From positions 1-63,893 of the forward strand of contig JAQVJP010000002.1 of the NCBI GenBank assembly GCA_028695145.1: 63,893 bases of DNA, given 5' to 3'. This document shows positions 49,188-59,200 of the stretch, one piece after another; the stretch's first letter is position 1, and each line of letters opens with the position of its first letter. The position numbers were made by a program, and so were the translations under genes. Below the pieces are notes generated by a model, which saw only the letters and a list, made by a program, of their open reading frames with translations, was not told the DNA's origin and did not search any database. This DNA is from Eubacteriales bacterium. Its GTDB lineage: Bacteria > Bacillota > Clostridia > Saccharofermentanales > UBA5734.

Positions 49188-50579
49188 TCAAACAGGTTGA
49201 TAAGCTTCTTCTACGCTGCCGGCAGACTCATCAACGTGATGACGTTGAGCTCTACGCCAGCGGAAGTATTTCTCCGCGACCTGAGGGAACATGCCGTATG
49301 TAAGTACATCCTCTTCCTGCTCAACCCACTCAGCAGCCTCAGCTCTGATTTTATCGAGCTCAGGTTCAAGCAGATCAGCCGGACGGCAGGTAACCTGCTC
49401 ATCGCCCTTAAGAATTTTCTTGACAAACTCAGGATCCATCGGAGCTGGAGTTTTGCCGTATTTACCCATAACAACATCTTTTGATTCCTTCGGAACCATC
49501 TTGTAGCGCTCACCTGTAACTACATTCATAACAGCCTGAGTACCGACAATCTGAGACGAAGGAGTAACAAGCGGCGGATAACCGAAGTCTTCACGCACAC
49601 GCGGTACTTCCTGTAAAACATCAAGCAGTTGGTCTTCTTTGCCGGCCTGCTTGAGCTGTGAAACCAGATTTGAAAGCATACCACCGGGAACTTGATACTT
49701 CAGAGCGTTAACGTCAACACCGAGCATTTTCGGGCTGATCAGGCCGCTGGCGATCCAGCGTTCTCTAACACCACTGAAATGTGCTGAAATCTCAGTCAAC
49801 TGATCAAGATCCATGCCAGTATCATATTCTGTGCCGGCAAGAGTAGCTACCAGTGGCTCTGTCGGCGGCTGTGATGTACCCATAGCCAGCGGGCTGAGAG
49901 CAGTATCGACAATGTCACATCCGGCTTCAATGGCCTTGATATAAGTCATGGATCCTACACCACTGGTATAATGTGTATGCAGCTCTACAGGAATCTTAAG
50001 TGTCTCTTTGAGAGCTTTTACCAGTTCATAAGCCTGATAAGGCAGCAGCAAACCGGCCATATCCTTGATACATACAGAATTAGCGCCCATATCTTCAAGA
50101 CGTTTGGCGTCTTTGGCAAACTGCTCAATCGAATGGAAAGGACTGGTTGTATAAGCTATACAGCCCTGAGCATGACCGCCCTCACGAACAGTAGCTTTCA
50201 TCGCTCTCTCGATATTACGGAAATCATTAAGAGCATCAAAAATTCTGATGATATCAATACCATTGGCAATTGATTTCTGGACAAAATAATCAACAACATC
50301 GTCAGCATAATGCTTGTATCCAAGCAGATTCTGACCACGCAGAAGCATCTGCAGCTTACTATTGTGGCAGGCTTTGCGGATCTTACGCAGACGATCCCAG
50401 GGATCTTCGTTTAGAAAGCGGATAGTGGAATCAAAAGTCGCACCACCCCAACATTCGAGAGCGTTGTATCCAGCCTTATCGAGCAGGCCGAGTACGGGAA
50501 TCATATCATCTGTAGTCATACGTGTCGCAGCAAGTGATTGATGCGCGTCACGTAGAATTGTTTCAGTAATTTTTACCAT
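49188..50579 (-). CDS. Pyruvate/oxaloacetate carboxyltransferase (OadA / transcarboxylase 5S-like), no fused biotin domain
   Basis: RDAHQS, WGGATFD, IKDMAG, HTH, VPGGM, PPLVTPSSQ; SD AAGGAGG before the ATG at 50579. Confidence 0.93.
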   Translation of the reverse strand: MVKITETILRDAHQSLAATRMTTDDMIPVLGLLDKAGYNALECWGGATFDSTIRFLNEDPWDRLRKIRKACHNSKLQMLLRGQNLLGYKHYADDVVDYFVQKSIANGIDIIRIFDALNDFRNIERAMKATVREGGHAQGCIAYTTSPFHSIEQFAKDAKRLEDMGANSVCIKDMAGLLLPYQAYELVKALKETLKIPVELHTHYTSGVGSMTYIKAIEAGCDIVDTALSPLAMGTSQPPTEPLVATLAGTEYDTGMDLDQLTEISAHFSGVRERWIASGLISPKMLGVDVNALKYQVPGGMLSNLVSQLKQAGKEDQLLDVLQEVPRVREDFGYPPLVTPSSQIVGTQAVMNVVTGERYKMVPKESKDVVMGKYGKTPAPMDPEFVKKILKGDEQVTCRPADLLEPELDKIRAEAAEWVEQEEDVLTYGMFPQVAEKYFRWRRAQRHHVDESAGSVEEAYQPV

Positions 50580-50649
50580 TTGGGAATCCTCCTTGCAGGT
50601 TTGATCTGAATATTTTCCTTCGATGACCAATCATCGCTTAGGAGAATAA

Positions 50650-51048
50650 TCAGTTCAGGCTTACCAGCAGATCGCCGGCATTAACTGAGCTGCCCTTGGA
50701 AGTGTTTACACTGGCAACTGTACCGTCGACCGGAGATACGATTTCATTTTCCATTTTCATGGCTTCAAGCACCAGAAGCACTTGACCCTTCTTAACAGCA
50801 TCACCAACAGCGACGTTGATGCTCAGGATGGTACCCGGCATCGGAGCCTTAACGCTCTCAGAGCCGGCAGCACCGGTTGAAGCAGGAGCAGCGGCAGGGG
50901 CGGCAGCTGGAGCCGGGGCGGCAGCCGGTGCTGCGGCAGGTGCCGGAGCAGCAGCCGGAACTGAAGTAGCAGGGGCGGAAACAGAACCTGTCTCCTCCAC
51001 CTCGACATCATATGCAACACCATTAACTTTTATCGAAAATTTCTTCAT
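50650..51048 (-). CDS. Biotin carboxyl carrier protein (1.3S/MmdC-like)
   Basis: KVNGVAYDVEV N-terminus, Ala/Pro linker, EAMKM biotinylation motif. Confidence 0.95.
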   Translation of the reverse strand: MKKFSIKVNGVAYDVEVEETGSVSAPATSVPAAAPAPAAAPAAAPAPAAAPAAAPASTGAAGSESVKAPMPGTILSINVAVGDAVKKGQVLLVLEAMKMENEIVSPVDGTVASVNTSKGSSVNAGDLLVSLN

Positions 51049-51068
51049 TATTGTATCCTCCATCCAGA

Positions 51069-52538
51069 TTAGTATGCGGCAGTCAGCATATTAAGAGCAC
51101 TGATCAAACGCGGGCGGGTAGCAGCTGGCTGTATAACTTCGTCTACATGAGCAAGACCGGCAGCAACATAAGGGCTGGCCACTTCCGACGCATACTTGTC
51201 GACAAAAGTCTGGCGAGCGGTCGCCGGGTCTGTAGATGCGGCAATTTCTTTGCGATACACGATATGCGCGGCAGTATCTGATGATAAAGCGGCAATCTCC
51301 GCAGTTGGCCAGGCATATACAACATCAGCGCCACTGCTCTTGCTGTTCATGGTCAGGTAAGCTGTACCGTAAGCCTTACCAATTATCAGACCTATACGGG
51401 GCATAGTTGCCTGCTGGAATGAACGCATAAGGTTTGAAGCAGCGATTACGAGACCATCTTCCTCAGCCTGTTGGCTGATAACATAGCCTTCTGAATCAGT
51501 TATTGTTATCAAAGGTATGGAGAAAGCATCACAGAACTCAACCATTCTGATCGCTTTTGCCGCCATGTCAGCATCAATGCGGTTAGCTGCATTGGCAACA
51601 ACACCGACAGTTGAACCATCGAGACTACCAAAAGCCGTGACCATGCCAGTGGCAAAAGCACTGTATGTTTCCAGCATGCTGCCCTGATCGAGAACACTTG
51701 CGATCACATCGCGCACTTGATATCCCTGATCAAGACCTGCTGCCAGATCATCAAGAGCGGTATCTGTTCTATTTGCGTCGTCTGTAGCTGCCGCTGGCAT
51801 TGTAAAACCATCAGCACAATCAGGCAAATAATTGAACAGTGCCTTCATCGTACCAATCAACTCAGCCTCATCAGCAGCCTTAAATGCTGCCAGACCTGTC
51901 TTCTCGGTATGAACAGCAGCATTGCCGACAGAAGCAGCATTATCCGTGCCTTTATTTTCAACAGCTGATATAACGAGAGGACCATTCATCGATATACCGG
52001 CTTTCTCATCTGTCATAAGTACAAAATCACTTGCGCCTGCCAGCAAAGCGGCACCACCTGCGCATGATCCGAAGACACCGGCAAGTAGAGGAATTTCACC
52101 GGACGCGTCAGTCAAATCGGCAATTAATCCACCGAGAGCTTCCAGCCCGACAATTCCTTCCTCAATTCTTGAACCGCCTGTTTCATAGAGCCCAATAAAA
52201 GGCACATTGGCAGCAACGGCCATTTGGACAGCTTTGCTGATTTTCACTGCGTGCATCTGACCAATTGATCCACCGTATACGGACGGATCCTGTGCGGCGA
52301 CATAAACCAGACGGCCATTAATAGTACCATATCCTGTTACAACGCCATCTCCAGCGACTTTGGGCCGTTCAAAGCCGAAGGCCAGGCCGCGGGATTCTGC
52401 CAGCGAGTCCAGTTCGACGAAACTGGCGTCATCAAGAAGCATCTGTATCCGTCTGCGACAGGCCTTATCAGCTGCCTCAGCGGCATCCAGAGAGGCTCTC
52501 TTCTCCACGTACTCGGTCATTTTCTCTCGAGATCCCAT
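51069..52538 (-). CDS. Acyl-CoA carboxyltransferase (PccB/MmdA/12S-like), divergent
   Basis: DGVVTGYGTINGR, GGSRIEEG, CAGGA, FCDAF.IP, KAYG.AY, AWPTAEIA, TRPRL; SD GAGGTG before the ATG at 52538. Confidence 0.9.
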   Translation of the reverse strand: MGSREKMTEYVEKRASLDAAEAADKACRRRIQMLLDDASFVELDSLAESRGLAFGFERPKVAGDGVVTGYGTINGRLVYVAAQDPSVYGGSIGQMHAVKISKAVQMAVAANVPFIGLYETGGSRIEEGIVGLEALGGLIADLTDASGEIPLLAGVFGSCAGGAALLAGASDFVLMTDEKAGISMNGPLVISAVENKGTDNAASVGNAAVHTEKTGLAAFKAADEAELIGTMKALFNYLPDCADGFTMPAAATDDANRTDTALDDLAAGLDQGYQVRDVIASVLDQGSMLETYSAFATGMVTAFGSLDGSTVGVVANAANRIDADMAAKAIRMVEFCDAFSIPLITITDSEGYVISQQAEEDGLVIAASNLMRSFQQATMPRIGLIIGKAYGTAYLTMNSKSSGADVVYAWPTAEIAALSSDTAAHIVYRKEIAASTDPATARQTFVDKYASEVASPYVAAGLAHVDEVIQPAATRPRLISALNMLTAAY

Positions 52539-52624
52539 TCTTTTCACCTCATCATCTAAAGGAGCAAATCCTTTGGCTTATACTCATATAACGGGAGAAC
52601 TCAGTCCATATCCCGCCTTTTACG

Positions 52625-52662
52625 ATTATAATTTATGCAAGGCAATAGTTCAACCTTGCATA
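52625..52662 (-). promoter_or_regulatory. Sigma-A promoter of the carboxyltransferase operon, overlapped by an inverted repeat
   Basis: TTGAAC-N17-TATAAT; TATGCAAGG-N11-CCTTGCATA (52634-52662) brackets the -35. Confidence 0.65.
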
Positions 52663-52673
52663 TAAAATAAATT

Positions 52674-53477
52674 TTACTTGTCATCACTTGTTACGTCTTC
52701 ATCGCTTGTTACATCTTCATTTATGCCAAGAGCTGTTTCTACAAGCTGGTCAATAGTCATCTGATTATCTATTCTGCTGCCGGATGCCTCCTGTAATGAT
52801 TCCTCAAGGTCTCTCAGAGTCCCATACATTAGCATTTCCATTGGCGGCAGCGAATCAACAGATGCAAGGCCGACATCAAGCAGAAATTGTTCAGTAGTCG
52901 CAAACAAAGATGGTCTGCCGGGAGCATCAAGAGTACCAGCCTCATAAATCAAATTGCGTTCAAGCAATCTACTGATGATGCTGTCACTGTTGACACCACG
53001 TACCGCTTCAACCTGTGCTCTGGTAACAGGCTGGTTGTAGGCGATAATAGCCAATGTTTCATATGCGGCTTGCGACAGAGGAGGACGGTGTCTTGGCTGA
53101 TACAACCGGGCTATAACATCAAAAAAACCTGGTTTGGTAGCCAATGAATATTTGCCATCAGCTTGTCTGAGCATAATCCCGCGACTGCGATCCCTTAAAT
53201 AGCGATCAGCCATATCCTGCAAAACTAATGTTAATCTCTGTTTATCAATACCGGTTATCTGTCGGATCTTATCAAATGATAAAGGATCGCCAGCGGCGAA
53301 GAGCAGAGTCTCAATCGCAGCCTGTTGATCATCAGGCTCTATTTCCGGAATTGATTCTTCAGCATGAGCGAAATCAGCAGCACTCTCCTGCTGTAATAGA
53401 AGTTCGCTCTCATCAGGAGCAGTCATTTCAATGTCAGTATCGCCATTATCATTTTTCAGGTTTACTTCATTGTTCAT
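52674..53477 (-). CDS. scpB: SMC-Scp complex subunit ScpB
   Basis: ETLLFAAG.P, LSQAAYETLAIIAYNQPVTR, RGV, PGRP; start moved to the ATG after AAGGAG. Confidence 0.95.
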   Translation of the reverse strand: MNNEVNLKNDNGDTDIEMTAPDESELLLQQESAADFAHAEESIPEIEPDDQQAAIETLLFAAGDPLSFDKIRQITGIDKQRLTLVLQDMADRYLRDRSRGIMLRQADGKYSLATKPGFFDVIARLYQPRHRPPLSQAAYETLAIIAYNQPVTRAQVEAVRGVNSDSIISRLLERNLIYEAGTLDAPGRPSLFATTEQFLLDVGLASVDSLPPMEMLMYGTLRDLEESLQEASGSRIDNQMTIDQLVETALGINEDVTSDEDVTSDDK

Positions 53478-54342
53478 GATCTGCTTCTCCTTCTTCTGAC
53501 TCAATTTCATCAAGATCCTCCGGATCCTCCAGCGAAACTATAGCCTCTTCATCATTCCATTGCGGGTCAGGCTCAATCATCATCGCGTCAAAAGGTCTGT
53601 CCTGTTTTACGATAATTCTGTTTTGCTTTAATAGTTCAAGCACAGCCAGAAATCCAGTGACCTGTTCTGTACGGCTGCTGCGTCCGGCGGGAAATATCTC
53701 ATGGAAGAATACTCGTGTTTTGTCAATCGCTCGCTGTAGAATCTGCAGCATTTTGTCGCGCAGAGAAACTTTTTCCCGTTTCAGAATATGACTTACACGT
53801 CCGCTGATATCGGCAAATCTGATTTCATTTTGTTTTGCCAGATGTCTAATCGCGGCAAAAAACAAATCACGATGAACGGGAGTATTTCCGGTCACGGTAT
53901 CAATTCCCAGAGAAGATGGCGATTCTGGCGGTTTACTTATACATCCGGAGTATAGCTCATACCTATCCTTGAGATCTGAAGCGATTGTTTTGCAGCGTCT
54001 ATATGCCAGAAGTTTGAGAACCAGATCCTCACGAGGATCATCTCCCTCCTCAGCAAGAAGCGCACGCTTGTTCGGCAGCAGCATACGCGATTTGATATGG
54101 AGCAGCGTCGCCGCCATCAAGAGAAACTCACTTGTTACCTCCATATCAATCGCCTGCATCTTTTCAAGATATTCCAGATACTGGTCTGTGATCCGGTCTA
54201 TCGGAATATCATAAATATCTATTTTGTTTTTTTCTATTAGATGACATAACAAATCCAGCGGACCCTCAAAAGGCTCAAGCGTCAGAACCGGCGCAGATCC
54301 ACCATGTGCGGACATTTCAGATTGTTGATACTCACTCTGCAT
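53467..54342 (-). CDS. scpA: Segregation and condensation protein A (kleisin)
   Basis: FEGPLDLL, IYDIPI, EFLLMAATLLHIKSRMLLP, FLAVLEL. Confidence 0.95.
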   Translation of the reverse strand: MQSEYQQSEMSAHGGSAPVLTLEPFEGPLDLLCHLIEKNKIDIYDIPIDRITDQYLEYLEKMQAIDMEVTSEFLLMAATLLHIKSRMLLPNKRALLAEEGDDPREDLVLKLLAYRRCKTIASDLKDRYELYSGCISKPPESPSSLGIDTVTGNTPVHRDLFFAAIRHLAKQNEIRFADISGRVSHILKREKVSLRDKMLQILQRAIDKTRVFFHEIFPAGRSSRTEQVTGFLAVLELLKQNRIIVKQDRPFDAMMIEPDPQWNDEEAIVSLEDPEDLDEIESEEGEADHEQ

Positions 54343-55330
54343 GTTCCAAACCGATTTTAACAGCCGCTCGCACCTGTTTCATCGTTTCGACGGCAATCTC
54401 ACGTGCTTTTGCCGATCCCTTATTGATTAACTCCTCAAGCTTGGCCGGATCCTCGAGCAATTTTGTTCTTTTTTCATGGATTGGCGTATGGAATTCCGCC
54501 AGTTTTTCAGCTAATTTCTTTTTACACTGAACGCACCCGATTTCACCTGCACGGCAGGCTCTGCCAATTTCCTCATATTCCGCCTCAGAAAAAACCTTGT
54601 GAAAAGAATAAACTGAGCAAACCTCTGGATGTCCCGGATCGGTTTTACGGATTCTTGCCGGATCGGTTACCATGTTCATGACTTTTTTACGAACTTCCTC
54701 CGGCGTATCGGCAAAAGCAATCGTATTGTCATAGCTCTTGGACATCTTGCGGCCATCAGTACCTGGGAGAACTTTTGCCTCGGTCAACAGTGGCTGCGGT
54801 TCCGGGAAGGTTTTGCCATATAAATGGTTGAAGCGTCTGGCTATCTCTCTGGTCAGTTCAAGATGCGGCAGCTGATCCTCGCCTACCGGCACATAATCAG
54901 CCAGATACATCAGAATATCAGCAGCCTGTAAACAAGGGTAGCCCAGGAAACCATAAGTGGTAATATCCTTCTCCTTAAGCTGATTAAGCTGATCCTTGTA
55001 CGTAGGACAGCGTTCAAGCCAGGATAGCGGGATATTCATGGAAAACAGTAAAAATAATTCCGCATGTTCCGGCACCTGTGACTGCAGAAATATTACAGAT
55101 TTATCAGGATCGAGTCCACAAGCGATAAAATCTGCCATCAGACTTACAGTATGCTCACGCAGACTCTCCGTATCAGCATAACCGGTAGTCAGAGCATGCC
55201 AGTCGGCGATGAAGAAGTAGCAGTCATATTTATCCTGTAGATTCACCCAGTTATGCAGAGCTCCGAAATAATTACCCAGATGAATAGCTCCTGTTGGTCT
55301 TGCTCCGCTAAGTACAATTTTCTTACTCAT
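54332..55330 (-). CDS. trpS: Tryptophan--tRNA ligase
   Basis: HLGN, YPCLQAADI, VPVGEDQ, KMSKS. Confidence 0.98.
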   Translation of the reverse strand: MSKKIVLSGARPTGAIHLGNYFGALHNWVNLQDKYDCYFFIADWHALTTGYADTESLREHTVSLMADFIACGLDPDKSVIFLQSQVPEHAELFLLFSMNIPLSWLERCPTYKDQLNQLKEKDITTYGFLGYPCLQAADILMYLADYVPVGEDQLPHLELTREIARRFNHLYGKTFPEPQPLLTEAKVLPGTDGRKMSKSYDNTIAFADTPEEVRKKVMNMVTDPARIRKTDPGHPEVCSVYSFHKVFSEAEYEEIGRACRAGEIGCVQCKKKLAEKLAEFHTPIHEKRTKLLEDPAKLEELINKGSAKAREIAVETMKQVRAAVKIGLEHAE

Positions 55331-55379
55331 TTCTCTTCCCCCGGTTCAATCAATAAATGTCATTCAACGAATACTCAAA

Positions 55380-56177
55380 TCAGGCACTAAATAGTATTAA
55401 TAACACCTTAAACCATTCAAAATCTCCAAGCAAATAAAAAAACAAAAAGTTGAACGGAAATAAAAGAAAACTTAATACCCTTGATAAAACACCACGCCCG
55501 AAAAGTACTAACATTAAAAATACCATGCCTATATAGCGCTCATATCCCATAATCTTGTAATATATCTTATCAGGCAACATTGAGCCAAATATTTTGTATC
55601 CGTCAAGCGGTGGTATTGGCAACAAGTTAAAAATTGCTAATGAAGCATTTGCAAAAAACATCATATAGCAAAACAATGGCAACATTAACGCAACTAAATT
55701 ATATTGAACACCAATTAACTCATATAATATAAACACAATATATAGCAGTCCTAAGCTTAGAAACGAAAGAACAACATTGGACATCGGTCCTGCCAAGCTG
55801 GTTATCATTATTCCCTGTTTTATAGTTTTGCTGCGCGAAAAACGAGCAGGATTTATTTGTACAGGCTTAGCCCATCCTATACCTCTTCCGCCACTCATTA
55901 CCGAAGTTACCAAGAATACTAATGATCCAATTGGATCAAGATGTCTCAAAGGATTCATCGATAGTCTGCCTTGCAAAGCAGCAGTATCATCGCCCAGTTT
56001 ATAAGCAGACCAAGCGTGAGACCGTTCATGAAACGAAAGTGAAATCATCAATACTAATACTGACATTAATATGAATACAACATTGTACATTATATCAAAG
56101 CCATTTGTTTGCAGGCTCATGCCGGTGTACGGCACCGACAACAGAGCCACACGGCTCCAGTTAAAATTCAATCGCAT
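55380..56177 (-). CDS. Site-2 protease family (M50) membrane metalloprotease
   Basis: HERSH, GD.TA...GR, AGP.SN, NLLPIPPLDG; SD GAGGAG. Confidence 0.92.
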   Translation of the reverse strand: MRLNFNWSRVALLSVPYTGMSLQTNGFDIMYNVVFILMSVLVLMISLSFHERSHAWSAYKLGDDTAALQGRLSMNPLRHLDPIGSLVFLVTSVMSGGRGIGWAKPVQINPARFSRSKTIKQGIMITSLAGPMSNVVLSFLSLGLLYIVFILYELIGVQYNLVALMLPLFCYMMFFANASLAIFNLLPIPPLDGYKIFGSMLPDKIYYKIMGYERYIGMVFLMLVLFGRGVLSRVLSFLLFPFNFLFFYLLGDFEWFKVLLILFSA

Positions 56178-56215
56178 TAATTAGACTCCTCTAACCAGCC
56201 GCAGGTTCTCATTAC

Positions 56216-59200
56216 TCAAACCTTGCGAACTGCTATTTTCAATTTCTCGCCGTTGATGTCCCATTCTTTGGCGTCAGCACCCTCTGCAAGCTGTATCAGC
56301 TCATCAGCCAGAACTTCATCACAGATATAAGCTCTATGCTTCTGAACTACAGGTGTCAGCACTTCCTGATTACCAAGCGAAAGAATTATACGGTCCATGA
56401 CCTCGAAGCCGCTTTCTTTTCTCATAGTCTGAACTTTGCTGATGATTTCGCGTACAAAACCATCCTCTATAAGCTCCGGCGTCAGCTTGGTATCCAATGC
56501 TACAGTGACATCTCTATCACTCTCCGCAGCCAGTCCTTCAGCCTGTATTGTTTCTATCAGCAAATCTTCTTCAGCCAGCTCAATTTTCTGTCCTTCAACA
56601 GATAGATTCAGTTTGCCATTTTCTCTGAGTATACGTATAGTTTCCTGTCCGGGCAATTCAGCAAGCACAGCACTAACTTTCGGAATAAGCTTGCCAAGTC
56701 TCTTGCCAAGTGTTTTCAGCTGAGGTTTGAAACTATAATCCTGTAGTGATGTCTGATCATCAGTATACTCAATTGCTCTGACATTAAGTTCCTCTCGTAC
56801 AAGCTGCTGGAACTCGGCAGGCAGCTGATGCTTGGAGACAACAAGCATTCTGGCCAGGGGCTGACGATTTTTGATTGCTGAGGTGTTTCTGGCTGCACGT
56901 CCCATAACAACCAGCCTTAGAACCTCATCCATATTGCGTTCAAGTTCCTTATCCACCAGACTCAAATCAGCTGTTGGGAAGTCACACAGGTGTACACTCC
57001 CAGGTCGCTGATTGTCATGGCTAAGCACGAGATTGCGGTAAATAGCGTCAGCCATAAACGGAATATAAACAGCACTGAGTCTCGTAAGAGTTTCAAGTAC
57101 AGTATAAAGAGTCATATATGCGTCAATTTTGTCCTGATTCATATCTGACTGCCAATAACGCTCACGACCACGGCGTACATACCAATTGGAGAGATCATCT
57201 GTAAACTGCTGTATCGCCCTTGCTGATGAAGTAATCTCATATTTCTCAAGCTGATGATCAACTGAGTCAACAAGTGAATTGAGTCGACTTAGAATCCAGC
57301 GATCCATAACGCACAGCGCATCTGTTTTCAATTCGTATTTTGTGGGGTTAAAACCATCAATATTTGCGTACAATACATAAAAAGCATATGTATTCCACAA
57401 GGTTCCCATGAATTTACGCTGAGCCTCACTTACGGCATCAGCATAAAAACGGGAAGGCAGCCAGGGAGCACTGTTAGTATAGAAATACCAGCGCACAGCA
57501 TCGGCACCCTGTTTGTCGAGCACTTCCCAGGGATCAACAACATTGCCCTTATGCTTAGACATTTTCTGGCCATTCTTGTCCTGGACCAGGCCGAGAACAA
57601 TTACATTCTCATATGGTGACTTGTCAAATATCAGCGTTCCGATAGCCATCAGCGTATAGAACCAGCCTCTGGTCTGATCAAGTGCTTCCGAAATAAAATC
57701 GGCAGGGAAATTCTCTTCGAAAATTTCTTTGTTCTCAAATGGATAATGCCACTGGGCAAAAGGCATCGAGCCGGAATCAAACCAACAGTCGATAACTTCG
57801 CTGACACGCTTCATCTGGCCACCACACTCACTGCAGCGGATATGAACCTGATCAATATAGGGTTTGTGCAGCTCAATCTCATCCGGACAATCATCCGACA
57901 GTTGTTTAAGTTCTTCTATACTGCCGATGGCGTGCCGATGTCCACAACCACATTCCCAAATCGGCAGCGGAGTGCCCCAATAGCGTTCTCTGGAAATACC
58001 CCAGTCAACAACGTTGTCCAGGAAGTTGCCAAAACGTCCTGAGCCAATAGTTTCAGGAATCCAGTTGACAGTAGAATTGTTTTTCAACAAATTCTCGCGC
58101 AAACTGGTCATATTGATAAACCAAGTATCACGGGCATAATAAATCAATGCTGTGTCGCAGCGCCAGCAAAAAGGATAACTGTGTTCATAAGGAACTTTGC
58201 GAATTAATTTGCCTTCTTCCTTGAGCTTGCGAGTGATACCAGCGTCGGCTTCTTTGCAAAAAACTCCGGCAAAATCAGTTACATCTTCAGGCATCGTACC
58301 ATCTTCGCGTACCAGCTGAACAAAAGGCAAATCATTGTTGCGTCCAACTCTGGCGTCATCTTCACCAAAAGCCGGAGCAATATGTACTATACCTGTACCA
58401 TCACTTAGCGTGACATAAGTATCTGCAGTAACGAAGAATGCCTTCTTGCCGGAAGCAGCTACAGTTTTTCCGGCATATGGCAGCAAAGGTTCATATTCTT
58501 TGCCCACAAGATCACGTCCGGACATCTTGGCAAGAACATGGAAATGCTCACCAAGAACAGTCGGCACAAGCGCTTCGGCAAGATAATACCTAACTTCTTT
58601 TTCGCTTCCATCTACATCCTGATGTACTGAAACCAGCACATAATCTTCATTAGGATTAACGCAGAGAGAAACATTTGATGGCAGAGTCCATGGAGTTGTT
58701 GTCCAGGCCGCAAGGTAAGTATCATCTTCACCTACAACCTTGAACCTCACATATACCGAATTTTCTTTAACATCCTGATAGCCCTGCGCAACCTCATGTG
58801 ATGATAGCGCGGTACCGCAACGCGGACAATATGGAACAATTTTGTGGCCTTTGTACAGCAAACCTTTGTCCCAGATTTTTTTCAATGCCCACCACTCTGA
58901 CTCTATATAATTATTGTCATAAGTAACATAAGGATCGTCCATATCAGCCCAGAAACCAACACGATCGGACATTTGTTCCCATTCCTGTTTATATTTCCAG
59001 ACACTCTCTTTGCACTGTTTAATGAAAGGCTCGACACCATAGGCTTCGATTTCCTTCTTACCGTCAATACCAAGCATCTTCTCTACTTCAAGTTCAACCG
59101 GAAGGCCATGAGTATCCCAGCCGGCCTTACGCAGTACATGGTAACCTTTCATGGTTTTATAACGCGGGATGATGTCCTTGATAACTCTGGTCAGAATGTG

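Noticed and set aside
50860..50990. GC-rich repetitive stretch
   Set aside because: Encodes the normal Ala/Pro linker of the biotin carrier
55380..56100. AT-rich M50 gene as a horizontally acquired segment
   Set aside because: Explained by Phe/Ile/Leu-rich TM codons; the M50-trpS-scpAB context is ordinary and there are no mobility signs
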